64,000 nucleotides of DNA. It comes from Octopus vulgaris (lineage: Eukaryota). The position numbers and the translations under genes are program-made. Below, piece after piece: positions 1-15,440 of this stretch. Positions within the stretch are counted from its first letter, which is position 1; every line of letters begins with the position of its first letter. The notes under the pieces are model-generated. The model worked only from the letters and a program-made list of their open reading frames with translations. It was not told where the DNA came from and ran no database searches. Where the stretch lies: contig OX597814.1 of assembly GCA_951406725.2 (NCBI GenBank), forward strand, positions 216,566,001 through 216,630,000, given 5' to 3'.

Positions 1-3950
<3,950 letters not shown>

Positions 3951-4027
3951 TAACTTAGAAAGGTTTTGGCCAGTATTGGCCCAGGCCATGTCTAACTTAA
4001 TAGCACCACCTGGCGAAGTCTTTCAAT

Positions 4028-6334
4028 TCAGGATTTGGGCACCAAGGACCATTCGAGCAGAGAGTTATTGTTTGTGGAGACATATCCGGGTGTGGGTGGT
4101 TTGTCCGGGACTGTTTGAAGGAATTTGTCCAAAGACTTCTTGAATTTTGTGTGGTCAGTTTCTTTTTTGACGTTCCCTGGTGTAATGTTGAAGAGAGCGG
4201 GTCCAATTGAGGTGAAATAGTTGTGCCGTATTGTCGTTATGTGATGCGATTTAGATTTTTGTTGTGGAGGGATGGCACGTGGTCCAAGCCTTGGATGTAT
4301 TTTGAAGGTGATGCCAACATCATTCGGACAGTGCTGATGGAATATTTTCCACATCATACAGATAATGTAGCGTTCACGACGTCGTTGGAGTGAATACAGT
4401 TTCAGCTTCTCTAGTCTACCCCAGTAGTCAAGGTCTGACATGCCATCTATCTTTTTTGTGATTGACCTTTGGGGAGCTTCAATTCTCATAATATTTTGTT
4501 TTGTGTAGGGAGACCACAGTGGACAGCAGTATTCAAGGTGGGGTCGGGCAAAAGTGGAGAAGAGAAGGATAATAGTGTGGGAATCTCTCGACTGGAAGGT
4601 TCTGAGAATCCAGGAACACATTCTGCGGGCCATGTCAACTTTGCTGCTTATATGTGTAACCCAGCATATGTTGTTGTCCACTGTTACTCCTAAGTCTCTG
4701 ATGTTGTTGGACGCCATGAGAATTTCTCCAGAAGGAAGGGAGTATGGGAGTTTCAGAGCGTCCTCCCTTCCAAAGTGGATCAGTTCGAATTTGTCTTCGT
4801 TTAGCAACATGTTATTCTTTTCCGCCCATTGGACAACAGCCAGTAGGTCTGACTGAAGGCTTATTCGGTCATCCATGCCATTAATGACCTTCTGGAGCTT
4901 GGAATCATCAGCGAAGGTTCTGATTTTACTGTGTTTGATGGTGTCAGTAATATCATTTATGTAGATGATGAAGAGAAGTGGGCCCAACACAGTGCCTTGT
5001 GGGACACCACTGCTGACTTTGGCTGGGCTGGATTTGACTCCTTCGACTACAACATGTTGGGTTCTGTTAGACAGGAAGCACTTGATCCACTGCAGCAGCT
5101 TTCCAGTGACACCAATATTGGACAGCTTTCTCAGAAGGATCTTATGATCAACCCTGTCAAAGGCCTTGCTGAAATCAAGGTAGATGACATCAGTGTTGGA
5201 ACCCTCTCCCAAGGCTCTCAAAATGTCATCAAAATGATGCAGTAGCTGCGTCAGGCAATCTCTCCCATTACGGAATCCATGCTGGTTGGAGTTCAGCATA
5301 TTATGACTCTCAAGGAAGTGAATCATATGCGATCTCAGCACTCTCTCAAATACCTTAATGATATGAGAGGTGAGTGAGATTGGACGGTAATTCACGGCAA
5401 GTGATTTGTTTCCTTTTTTGAAAACTGGGACAACAGACTGGGATAGAAGGTCTTCTGGTATATATCCAGCATCCAGTGAGTTCCGCCACAGATTGGCTAG
5501 AGGGGGTGCAAGTTGGTTTTGACACATCTTCAAGACACAAACAGGGAACCTATCGGGACCTACTGCTGAATTATGCTTCATTTCCTTTATTGCTGCTAAG
5601 ACATCAGGAGCGCCAAAGGTTATGTCCGATAAAGTGTATTGGGGAGTAACATCACTGATACAGCCCAGATCAGTCATATCAGGATTGCTGAAAACAGAGC
5701 AATATTGCTTCTGCAATATCTCTCCCATGGTTTTGGCATTGTCTTGAAGAGTACCATTTTCATCAATCAGAGGTCCAACAGTAGAACCAGTGACTCTGTG
5801 TTTTTTTGCAAATGAAAAGAACACTTTGGGATTGAGTTTGATATTCTCAATGGCCCAGGCCTCTTCAGCTCTTCGCTGACTATTGATGATAGACATCATG
5901 TTGTTTTGGAGTTTATGTTTTTTAATCTCTAGCGACGAGATGGCAGTCAGGTTGGTGTGTTGCTGTTGACAGTATTTCAGCTTGTTGATTTTTTTGTTAA
6001 TTCTTTTAATTTTCCTGATGAGAGATTTTCTATTTCTAGGGATTCGACACTTAAATTTGTTTGCAGATCTTAATGGGGTGTGTTTTGCACATATGTTCGT
6101 AATGGTGTCTACAAATGACTGCCAGGATTTTTTGATGTTAGTGGGTGTGCATGTGTGCGTGAAGGACCAATCGACTTGTGCAAGATCATTATTGATCGCT
6201 TCCCAGTTTGCATTGTGGAAATCCATAGTGTCAAATGGATGAACAGGAGGGATGACATTTGTTTTGCATTTTGGCCAGTGAAATCTCAGATCACAGAGAA
6301 CCATGTCATGATCAGAGAGTAGGGTTTTCTCCAC
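4028..6334 (-). CDS. LINE ORF2 reverse transcriptase and C-terminal domain (768 aa open), one frameshift away from the APE part
   Basis: [58 protein letters not shown]. Confidence 0.9.
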   Translation of the reverse strand: MEKTLLSDHDMVLCDLRFHWPKCKTNVIPPVHPFDTMDFHNANWEAINNDLAQVDWSFTHTCTPTNIKKSWQSFVDTITNICAKHTPLRSANKFKCRIPRNRKSLIRKIKRINKKINKLKYCQQQHTNLTAISSLEIKKHKLQNNMMSIINSQRRAEEAWAIENIKLNPKVFFSFAKKHRVTGSTVGPLIDENGTLQDNAKTMGEILQKQYCSVFSNPDMTDLGCISDVTPQYTLSDITFGAPDVLAAIKEMKHNSAVGPDRFPVCVLKMCQNQLAPPLANLWRNSLDAGYIPEDLLSQSVVPVFKKGNKSLAVNYRPISLTSHIIKVFERVLRSHMIHFLESHNMLNSNQHGFRNGRDCLTQLLHHFDDILRALGEGSNTDVIYLDFSKAFDRVDHKILLRKLSNIGVTGKLLQWIKCFLSNRTQHVVVEGVKSSPAKVSSGVPQGTVLGPLLFIIYINDITDTIKHSKIRTFADDSKLQKVINGMDDRISLQSDLLAVVQWAEKNNMLLNEDKFELIHFGREDALKLPYSLPSGEILMASNNIRDLGVTVDNNICWVTHISSKVDMARRMCSWILRTFQSRDSHTIILLFSTFARPHLEYCCPLWSPYTKQNIMRIEAPQRSITKKIDGMSDLDYWGRLEKLKLYSLQRRRERYIICMMWKIFHQHCPNDVGITFKIHPRLGPRAIPPQQKSKSHHITTIRHNYFTSIGPALFNITPGNVKKETDHTKFKKSLDKFLQTVPDKPPTPGYVSTNNNSLLEWSLVPKS

Positions 6335-6353
6335 TGCAATATTGTGGATGGTA

Positions 6354-7034
6354 TCAGTGATTGCTAAAAATTAAGTCTAAGACATTTTTATGACATCTCG
6401 TTGGTTCGAGTACCAGTTGGGACAGGAAGAAATCATCCATGAAGTCAAGAAGCGATTCCACTGCCTCCCTGTCAGGGCTTGAGAGAGAAGAACCTGGCGG
6501 AAGACTGTTTGTAGACCAGTCAACCCCGGGAAGGTTGAAGTCCCCCATCATTAAAATGTTGTCAGGGTGACACTGCTGAATGAAACACTTTATGTTGTTG
6601 AGGCATTCCTTGAAGCATGGTAGGGGCGTTTGGGGTGGTCTGTAGAGCCCAACTACTGTTAGGTTGTTGGTTTGACTGAATACAGGGACTGCTTTGCAGT
6701 ATCCATTAGAAAATATGTTCATAGCTTCTGTTGAGAATGAATCATGAACATAAATGGCAGTCCCACCCTTTCTTCTGCCAGCACGAATGGCTTTGAAATT
6801 TTTAACTTTCACCTCGGCTTCCAAGTGAAGGTTACTAAGATGGGTTTCAGTGAGGATGAAGAAAGGGATGTGGTTTGGATGGGCATCGACCCAGTCCTCC
6901 AGGAATTTTATCTTCCATTTTTGTGTATTGGTGGAAGGGCTGATGCCTTGGACATTAAGCAAAAATGTTGAGGCGAGAGTGGATGGTTTTAATTGTTTTG
7001 GTGATTTGTTTATTTGATTGCTTTTTAATGGCAT
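6354..7034 (-). CDS. LINE ORF2 apurinic-like endonuclease portion
   Basis: LLNVQG, LTETHL, GGTAIYV, GLYRPP, MGDFN, LDLIFSN. Confidence 0.88.
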   Translation of the reverse strand: MPLKSNQINKSPKQLKPSTLASTFLLNVQGISPSTNTQKWKIKFLEDWVDAHPNHIPFFILTETHLSNLHLEAEVKVKNFKAIRAGRRKGGTAIYVHDSFSTEAMNIFSNGYCKAVPVFSQTNNLTVVGLYRPPQTPLPCFKECLNNIKCFIQQCHPDNILMMGDFNLPGVDWSTNSLPPGSSLSSPDREAVESLLDFMDDFFLSQLVLEPTRCHKNVLDLIFSNH

Positions 7035-7773
7035 GTGCAGTGGGGTAATAGTGGTGGATGAGGTGGGTGATAGCTCGGATGTTTTTTTCCAGTTCTTTTG
7101 CTAGATTCATTATAGCTAAAAAAGAGGAAGTAGAGGTTTCCTCTCTAGGGAACTGCAGGTGACTGTGGTTGTGGTTATTTTTATATGAGTGGTTATTTCT
7201 ATATGAGTCATAGGTTTTTTTGCTTTTATTTTTATTTATGATGTCATTTGTTCGACGAGTCCCCGGGAGATGGGTAAAGGGGCAATCTCTGTGCAAACAC
7301 AATCTGTCTCGCTGGGAATAGCGGCAGATTTGAGGATTCCTTGTTTAAGATATTGGTGGTTGTGGTGGTGTTGTAATAGAGTATGTATTATGGTGGTGGC
7401 TGTTGTAGTTTGTGGGGATAAAGCGTTTTGTTCCAGGTAAATGGGTGAATTTGCAGTCTCTATCAGTGCATAATCTATGGCGAAGAGAATATCGGCAAAT
7501 GATGGGGTTTCGAGTGGGTGTGTAGGTGAGTTGTGAGAGGTGTAGATGATAGTTTATTTAGGTTTTGGCAACCTTTGTGACCTGTAGGAGGTAAATTCCT
7601 TGAGATAGCTTTAGTAGCAGTAGTTGTAGTAGTACTAGTAGTAGGTAGAAGAGATGTTGACAGTGATGATGATTGAGCTGCTGGGGCAGTGAAAGGAAGG
7701 GGTGGTGCTTCCTGCTGTGTGATCCTGATAACTGGGGGGTCAATCGTTTCATTTAGCAAATCGGCCATTGTAG

Positions 7774-7781
7774 ATATACAT

Positions 7782-7847
<66 letters not shown>

Positions 7848-7856
7848 ATATATATA
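7774..7856. repeat. (TA)n/(TACA) microsatellite
   Basis: Directly visible. Confidence 0.95.
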
Positions 7857-8420
7857 CTAGCAGTATCGTCCGGCGTTGCTCGGGTTTCTAAGGGAAATAA
7901 CTATATAAGCATTTTTAGAGAGTTATAGCCAAAAATAGCCAAAAAAATGCATTAAAAATGGAAAAAAGATTATGGTAAATTTTTTTTTAAATCGTTGACT
8001 CATTGTAGACATTTTCTGTTTTGGTGTCTTCAAGCCATGAAGTCATTGTTCTAAAAGAACGCTGGTCTCCTTGACAACGCATTACGACGTTGATTTCCTT
8101 ACACTCCCTTCCCCACAGCTTCATGAGAGAGGGAAGAAGGGGGAGAAGCAACACAGGTGCAGGCGTGAGCGTGGATGCCAACTCCGCTGCCATCGACACA
8201 CGAAAAAATATGCATTAACATGGAATAAAAAATGATGTTAAATTATTTTTAAAATCGTAGACTCATCGTAGACGCGCGCTAATACCCAGACGGGCTCGAT
8301 ATGAATCACAACTATAAGATACCCGAATTTGGTTAAACTGCACCGCAAAATGTGGGAGTAGTTAGGAATCTAAATTGAAGGGGACAGACACTCACACAAC
8401 TACAGTTTTATATATATAGA
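7857..8420 (-). mobile_element. Non-autonomous Helitron
   Basis: On the minus strand it starts A|TC (8420) and ends CTAG|T (7857), with a subterminal GC-rich hairpin (cccgagcaacgccgg). Its 3' ~110 bp is shared with 55301-55676. Confidence 0.75.
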
Positions 8421-8444
8421 TATATATATATATGTATGTATATA

Positions 8445-8739
8445 TTAAAGTATATTTATTAATTAATTATTTTACTGTTCTTTTATATTTTTAACCTGAG
8501 GAGCGACTATATTTACATCCTAGTGATTTCTCTACAACTATAATCATTTCTTAAATATAGCAGTGAAACACGTGTTGTTTTTCTACATATTATATACATT
8601 ATATTACTTTTGTAATTTACTTAATCTTTACTTTTTAATTGTTATTTTCATTTTAACTTTTCTATTATATGTAATTTTGTAGATGGTATAATTTAATTAT
8701 TCATTTTGAATTGATAAAAGGTGGGTTTTTTTCTAATAT

Positions 8740-8740
<1 letters not shown>
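8445..8740 (+). repeat. AT-rich Penelope pLTR-like relic with degenerate hammerhead
   Basis: CTGAGGA(8496)...GAAAC ACGT GT. Homologous in reverse orientation to 46625-46960. Confidence 0.55.
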
Positions 8741-8774
<34 letters not shown>

Positions 8775-8776
<2 letters not shown>

Positions 8777-11700
8777 GTATTTTATTTTACTTTTAGTATA
8801 TATGTATCTTTATTTTTAGTGTATATTTATATATTTATTTCATTTTAGTATATTTTTATTTTTATTTGGAAGTACTGTTGCGATGGGAAGGTGGTGAAGC
8901 AAGGAGGCCTTACATGTTGGAGGTATGTAGTCAGTGACTAGCACATAGGTGGCCCATGTTAGATATAAAGTTGTCTCCTTGTCTCCCAAGACAGCAGTGG
9001 GATTTGGGTGCTGCACAGGTGTCTGAGGAGCTCTATTTAGAGAGGGCACTGCACACCCAGAAGCTTAGAAGATTCTAGAAAAGGTGAACAAAAAATTGAC
9101 TGTCTTTCTATAAAAAATTGGTACTTTCTATATCTGGTCAGTTTAGTGTGACTGATGGATGTCCACCCTGTGCTCGAAAAACAAAGAAACTTTTATTTAC
9201 AAAAATCTGGTTGGAATTTGAACATTATGCACTACACTTGTTGCTCGTGAGCTGAACCATTATAACAATGATATAGCTTCACTTTCAGAAGCTTTTATGG
9301 AAGGTGGTGGTCAACCTGAGGAAGTAGGAAGTGGATACACCTTCTTTTTTTGGAAGGAGGAGCACAGAGAGGCTGGTGTTGGCTTAGAAGTTCGATCTGA
9401 TATCCTGAAGAAGTTGGAAGTGCTTCCTGTTCCTATAAATGGACGTCTAATGACTGTAAGATTGCACCTGAAAGGTGGGTGGTTTGCTACTCTAGTAAAT
9501 GCCTAAGCACTTGCTTTGACAAGTTGCAATGAAGATAAAGCTATTTTTTATACCCAGCTGAGAGCCATACTTAGGAAAATTCTCAATTCTGAGTCATTCT
9601 ATTGGGAGATTTCAAAGCCAGGGTTGGAACAGACCGGCAAACATGGAACTCTCTAGAGCATTTTGGAGTAGGGAAAATGAATAGCAATGGTCTCATGCTG
9701 CTGGAGCTTTGCGATAAACATGGACTTTACATCGCAAGCACTCACTTTTTGCACAAAGGAGATCACACAACAACGTGGATGCATCCAAGGTCTAAAGTTT
9801 GGCACCGATAGGATTATTTCATCACCTGCAAGCGTGACATCAATGACATTTGTAATGCCACGTCCTTTCATGAAATGGAATGCCTGACAGATCACAGTCT
9901 GGTGTGAGCAAAGTTTTGGATGATGATTAGAGTGAAAGAGAGAAGAGGACCATTCAGCATTCCTTGGCATCTGAATGTCCACAAGATATATAATGGTGTG
10001 ATGTTGAGGAAAAAGCTTCAGACTCGCTTGTCCAGCATTGAAAATACTGCAGCATGGGAAGGTTTTCGAGACCATATTCTTCAATGTGCTGCTGAAACAC
10101 TGGAATATTCTACTGCCTGACACAGAGACTGGTTTCATGAAAATGATGCTGAAGTTCAGCGACTATTGGTGGTAAAGTGCCATACCTACAGTGTATTGTT
10201 ACGCAGAGGACTTCCAGATGTTCAGTAAAATCTAGCACTTGCCCACTATAGCAGTGTAAAATCACTACTGCAGCAGTCTCTCAGGAAGATGCAGAACACT
10301 TGGTGGGAGGATCTTGCTCGTGATGTTCAGGCTGCTGCTGATGCAAATGACAGCAAGAAGCTTTACCATCTTATGAAGCATGTTTATGGGCCTAAGAGCT
10401 CCACATCATCCCCTTTGCTTTCCAAGGAGTCTTCCACTCTATTTACTAAATCAACAGAAATCACAGGTTGCTGGATCAAACGCTTCTCTGAACTCCTAAA
10501 CCATGAGTCAGTTGTGGATGAAACAGTGATTGATACTATGCAAGAAAGACCCATCATTGGCTCCTTAAATTCCACACCCTCAATAGTTGAAGTAATGACA
10601 TCAATAAGTAAACTGAATCTTGGTAGGGCACCTGGAAAGGATGGAATTTGTGCTGAGGTCTTGAGATTTGGTGGTGATTACATCACACAGTCCCTTCATG
10701 AACTTATTAGTGCACTCTGGAGGGATGGTGCAATGCCTAAGGACTGGAAGGCATGCGATTATTCTTCCTCTCTATATAGTAAAAGGAACCAGAACAATGT
10801 GTGGTTACTACAGAGGTATTGCTCTGCTATGAGCTGCTGGCAAGGTTCTGGCAAATATTCTTCTTACCCGCCTGAATGGGTGTCTCGTAAATGATGTCCT
10901 ATCTGAATCTCAATGTGGCTTCTGATCTGGTAGAGGGACAATGGATATGATTTTCACAGCACTACAGATGCAGGAGAAGTGCTATGAGCAGAATATAGAT
11001 CTTCTCCAGGTATTCATTGATTCAACAAAGTCCTTTGATACTGTGAATAGGGCTTTTCTATTGAAAATACTTGGCAAACTTGGATGTCTGGATCACTTTG
11101 CATCAATAATTAAATAATTTCATGATGGGATGAAGGCTTGGGTCAATGTTGGTGCTGACATGGTGGGACCCCTTCCTGTAGAGAATGGTGTCAAGCAGGG
11201 TGACATCCTTGCACCAACTGAAACGTTTTCCTGTCTCTTATTCATGACCTCCATTATGCAAATGACTGTGACTTAGTCACTCATACAGTGAATGACATAC
11301 AAATACTTATGAATCGTAATTCTGCTTGTTGCAAGGCACTTGGATTCAGTATTAGACTGGACAAGGTTGTTGTAATGTTGCAGCCTGCACCAGGTAATCC
11401 ATGTGTGGAACCAGATATATTGGTTGAAGGAACAATTCTGAACGTGGTAAACAAGTTTGTCTGCCTGGGCAGCACATTCAGCCGTTTTTGCTCCCTGGAT
11501 GATGAAATATCTTTTAGGCTGCAGAGAACAACTGATTCCTTCTGGTCTCCTCAGTCCTGTGTCTGGTCCCAGCATGGCATTACAAGGCATGTGTACTGAC
11601 ATCACTGCTTTACTCATGAGACATGGACTCTGTACAAATGTCATGTAAGGGTCCTTGAACACTTTCATCAGATATATCTCAAACATATTCTGAATGTTGG

Positions 11701-12100
11701 CTGGACCTTAAAAACTACAGACACACTGGTCATGAGGACAGTTGATATCTTGAGTATTGAGGCAATGGTACACAAGCGGCAGTTATGTTGGACTGGACAC
11801 CTTATTAGAATGAAGGATTGCAGGATCCCTAAGCAGATGCTATATGGGGAACTTGTGAATGGAAAGAGACCTCGGTAGAAACCAAGGCTACAATTTAAGG
11901 ACTGTGTAAAGTCCTCATTAAAAACCTGTGATAAATAGGAGACTGACTGAGAGAGCAATGACTGTCATCACCACAGATGGAGGAAGCAGGTTAAGGATGG
12001 GGGTCAACACTTTTGAGAGAGCATGTATTCAGCATGAAGAAATTAAGCATGTTGTTTGAAAGTGTACTGCTGGTGTAGTGAATGGGGACACCTTGGTTTG
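8775..12100 (+). mobile_element. RTE (BovB-like) LINE, degraded, internally deleted
   Basis: APE motifs (EEVGSGYTFF, GDFKARVG, TWMHPRSK), APGKDGI, SQCGF, GVKQGDILAP, degenerate YADD (YAND), RIPKQMLYGEL. Many stops. Confidence 0.88.
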
Positions 12101-12102
12101 CA

Positions 12103-12151
<49 letters not shown>

Positions 12152-12157
<6 letters not shown>

Positions 12158-12331
12158 AATTAAGGACTGAACACGAAAAGTGGACAGTCAACATGTTAGA
12201 TATAGACGTCAAATCGCCATTCTCCACAAAGAGTATATGTGAGAACATACTCTTTGTGGTGAATGGTGATTTGAGGTCTATATCTAGCATGTTGACTGTC
12301 CACTTTTCGTGTTCAGTCCTTAATCGGTATA
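12152..12331. repeat. Long fold-back inverted repeat (85-bp arms, 10-nt loop)
   Basis: 12152-12236 is the reverse complement of 12247-12331 with about 5 mismatches. Confidence 0.93.
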
Positions 12332-12409
12332 TAAAGAATTTTAATCTTCGGATTCTTTTTAATATGCTAGACCACTGGTTTTAATTGACTAATATCAATT
12401 TCTACCCTT

Positions 12410-12446
<37 letters not shown>

Positions 12447-12449
<3 letters not shown>

Positions 12450-13863
12450 TTTGTATGTGGCAGGTGCTCTGGAGCACTGACCTCCGAAAATCTGCAGAAA
12501 ACAACTTCTGTCACTTTCCGGGGGGAAAAACTAGTAGTAGTTGATAGTTTCCGCTATCTAGGTGACCAAGTCAGTAGTGGGGGTGGGTGCGCTGAAAGTG
12601 TAACTGCTAGAATAAGAATAGCCTGGGCAAAGTTTAGGGAGCTCTTACCTCTGCTGGTGACTAAAGGCCTCTCGCTCAGAGTAAAAGGCAGACTGTATGA
12701 TGCATGTGTACGAACAGCTATGCTACATGGCAGTGAAACATGGGCCGTGACTGCTGAGGACATGCGTAAGCTCGTGAGGAACGAAGCCAGTATGCTCCGA
12801 TGGATGTGTAATGTCAGTGTACTTACTCGACAGAGCGTTAGTACCTTGAGAGAAATGTTGTACCTAAGAAGCATCAGTTGTTGTGTGCAAGAGAGACGAT
12901 TGCGCTGGTATGGTCATGTGGCGAGAATGGATGAAGAGAGGTGTTGCCAATCCCTAGCAGTTGAGGGAACCCGTGGAAGAGGTAGACCCAGGAAAACCTG
13001 GGATGAGGTGGTGAAGCACGACCTTCGGACGTTAGGTCTCACCATGGAAATGACTAGAGACCGAGACCTATGGAAGTATGCTGTGCGTGAGAAGACCCGG
13101 CAAGACTAGTGAAGCCATAATCCGTGGCCCCTACCTGGGACGTAGTCAGTCCACCTGTGCATACCTTCCTTCTTGTGACACTTGTGAAGACCTGTTGAGG
13201 CAAGTGAGAATCGAATCGTATCAAATCAAATCGAACCAAATCAAAATAGATGAACATCAATGGAATTTGTATCCTTGTGGTACCAGTGCCGGTGGCACAT
13301 AAGAAAACCATCCGAACGTGACCGTAGCCAGTACCGCAATGACTGGCCTCCGTGCTGAGGGCACGTAACAAACACCATCCGAGCGTGGCCGTCCGCCAGC
13401 CTCGTCTAGCACCTGTGTCGGTGACACATAAGAAAACACCATCCGAGCGTGGCCGTCTGCCAGCCTCGTCTGGCACCTGTGTCGGTGGCACATAAAAAAC
13501 ACCATCCGAGCGTGGCCGTCTGCCAGCCTTGTCTGGCACCTGTGTCGGTGGCACATAAAAAACACCATCCAAGCGTGGCCGTCTGCCAGCCTCGTCTGGC
13601 ACCTGTGTCGGTGGCACATAAAAAACACCATCCGAGCGTGGCCGTCTGCCAGCCTTGTCTGGCACCTGTGTCGGTGGCACATAAAATCACCCACTACACT
13701 CTCGGAGTGGTTGGCGTTAGGAAGGGCATCCAGCTGTAGAAACACTGCCACATCTGACTGGCCTGGTGCAGCCTTCGGGCTTCCCAGACCCCAGTTGAAC
13801 CGTCCAACCCATGCTAGCATGGAAAGCGGACGTTAAACGATGATGATGATGATGATGATGATG
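12447..13863 (+). mobile_element. RTE-clade LINE (PHD-bearing family), 5'-truncated, (GAT)n tail
   Basis: FRYLG, LHGSETW, RLRWYGHV, RGRGRPRKTW. The 3' UTR ends catgctagcatggaaagcggacgttaaacg(atg)n. Confidence 0.9.
13371..13686 (+). repeat. 63-bp tandem repeat (5 copies) in RTE 3' UTR
   Basis: Unit aaacaccatccgagcgtggccgtctgccagcctcgtctggcacctgtgtcggtggcacataaa. Confidence 0.93.
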
Positions 13864-13924
13864 ATATATATATATATATATATATATTGGTGTGTGTGTC
13901 TGTGCTTGTATGTACTTGCGTATA

Positions 13925-14205
13925 TCATGGCCTCAGGCCAACAAAACCTTGCAAGTGGATTTTGCACACGGAAACTGAAAGAAGACTGTCGTATAGATAT
14001 GTATATTTGTGTGTATGTCTGTGTTTTTACCCACACCATTGCTTGACAAATGATGTTGTTGTGTTCAGGTCCCCGTAACTTAGCAGTTCAGCAAAATACA
14101 GCAACAGAATAAGTACTATGCTTAGAAAGAATAAATCCTTGGGTCTGTTTGTTTGACTAAAGGTGGTGCTACAGCATGGCCATTCACATGACTGAAACAA
14201 GTAAA
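13925..14205 (+). mobile_element. SINE, 3' part (cephalopod-type), tail related to LINE family B
   Basis: gtggattt..ggaaactgaaagaag matches 37020-37055 and 42680-42715. Tail ggtggtgctacagcatggcc..tgactgaaac. Confidence 0.7.
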
Positions 14206-14269
14206 ACAGCAAAAACTATGCCATTTTAATCCCGAGCAATACCAAGTATCACTGCTTGTATGTTATAAA

Positions 14270-15440
14270 AAAAACATTCCTTCAGCTTGTGACAGTGGAT
14301 AGCCCTTGAGCTAGATTTTATTCTTGTCAAAATTTTTAGTCTTTGGGCTGAAACTCAATCCCAGCACCAAGACAGGGACGTCGTCTGGTGAAAGGTTTTG
14401 TTTAGATAAATTTATTCACTCGTATGATGGATTTTCTTGGGAGAGTGCTTTTCAGAGTTTCACTTTCATTAGATCTGTGACTACTTTTTGGGTTTTGCTC
14501 ACAATTCTTCACTTAAAATATGGAACCTATTCGGTGATAAAAATGGTTTAGAATGTTCATGTGAGGAACTCATAACTTTTAGTCATCTTTCTAGGAGTAA
14601 ACCATTTCTGGGTGTGTGATGGAAAGTGAATGACTTCTGTGGTTTACGTAGGCAATTGAAAAACCTTTCCTTTCGGGAAAGGAACAAATTTATTAAGAAT
14701 ATAAGATAAACATTAACCACTAGCTTTAACTCCAAGAACTCTAACACTGGACTTTCTGAACGTCGCGAGAGAGTTAAGCCCTGTTCATTGTGCAACAACG
14801 AGTCAAGTGAATTCCATCAGGAATCATAACAGAAAGGTTATGATTTATTCAGAAGGTGGGACATGCAGAGATTCAAATTTGGTGTATGTGGCAGAATGCA
14901 TGAAACACAACATGATTTATGTTGGTTGCACAACAGAACAATTAAACAAAAGACTTAATGGGCACAGATATGATGTCAGGCATGATAAAAATTCAACAGA
15001 ACTTGCTCAACATTTTACATCAAATGGCTGCAATTTTCAAAAAAAAATTTGAAAGTGCATATTCTCAGAAAATATTCTGAATCTGCTACACTTTCAGTCC
15101 TCAAAATGCACAGGGACAGATATGTTTTGTGAGTTATTAACATCTACACCATGAAGGGATGAATAAAATGACAGAGGAATTTCATAATATTCACACAAAA
15201 CTGACTATATATTCTTCTCCTTTTTCTTTTTTCTCTTGTTGTTTTTCTTTCTTTTAGCCAGTTATACAATTGAAAATTGAAGACTGATGACATCATTTTG
15301 TCAAACTGGGAATGCAGGATCTCCTCGTTCCAACTTTTGAATTTGAATTTCTACAATTTTTAAATTTCTATTCATCATGTTTTCATTAGAACTTGACAAA
15401 GAGAAGCAAACAGTTGAAATATTGATCAAACTAATAAAAT
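14270..15440 (+). mobile_element. Penelope-like element relic: inverted N-terminal segment (-) joined to GIY-YIG endonuclease (+)
   Basis: 14807-15052 gives NLVYVAEC..IYVGCT..RLNGHR..LAQHF. The minus strand near 14320-14420 gives NLSKQNLSPDDVPVLVLGLSFSP, a typical PLE N-terminal motif. Confidence 0.75.

Larger units (their letters stand above)
3951..7773 (-). mobile_element. LINE family A, copy 2, apparently near full length and young
   Basis: ORF1 pieces (7768-6955) with two CCCH fingers (CRYSLRHRLCTDRDCKFTH and CRYSQRDRLCLHRDCPFTH), APE (7034-6354), RT/C-terminus (6334-4028), and the same 3' tail as copy 1. (TA)n lies on both sides. Confidence 0.93.

Noticed and set aside
4469-6971. Antisense ORFs over LINE coding regions (here and in other copies)
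   Set aside because: They are shadow frames of the RT/APE genes with no independent motifs.
7095-7130. -1 ribosomal frameshift at TTTTTTA (minus strand) linking ORF1 and ORF2
   Set aside because: In this copy ORF2 is in the +1 frame and the -1 frame stops near 7025. It cannot be supported without a consensus.
15279-15330. Hammerhead at CTGATGA 15284
   Set aside because: There is no properly placed GAAA and no convincing stems I or III.
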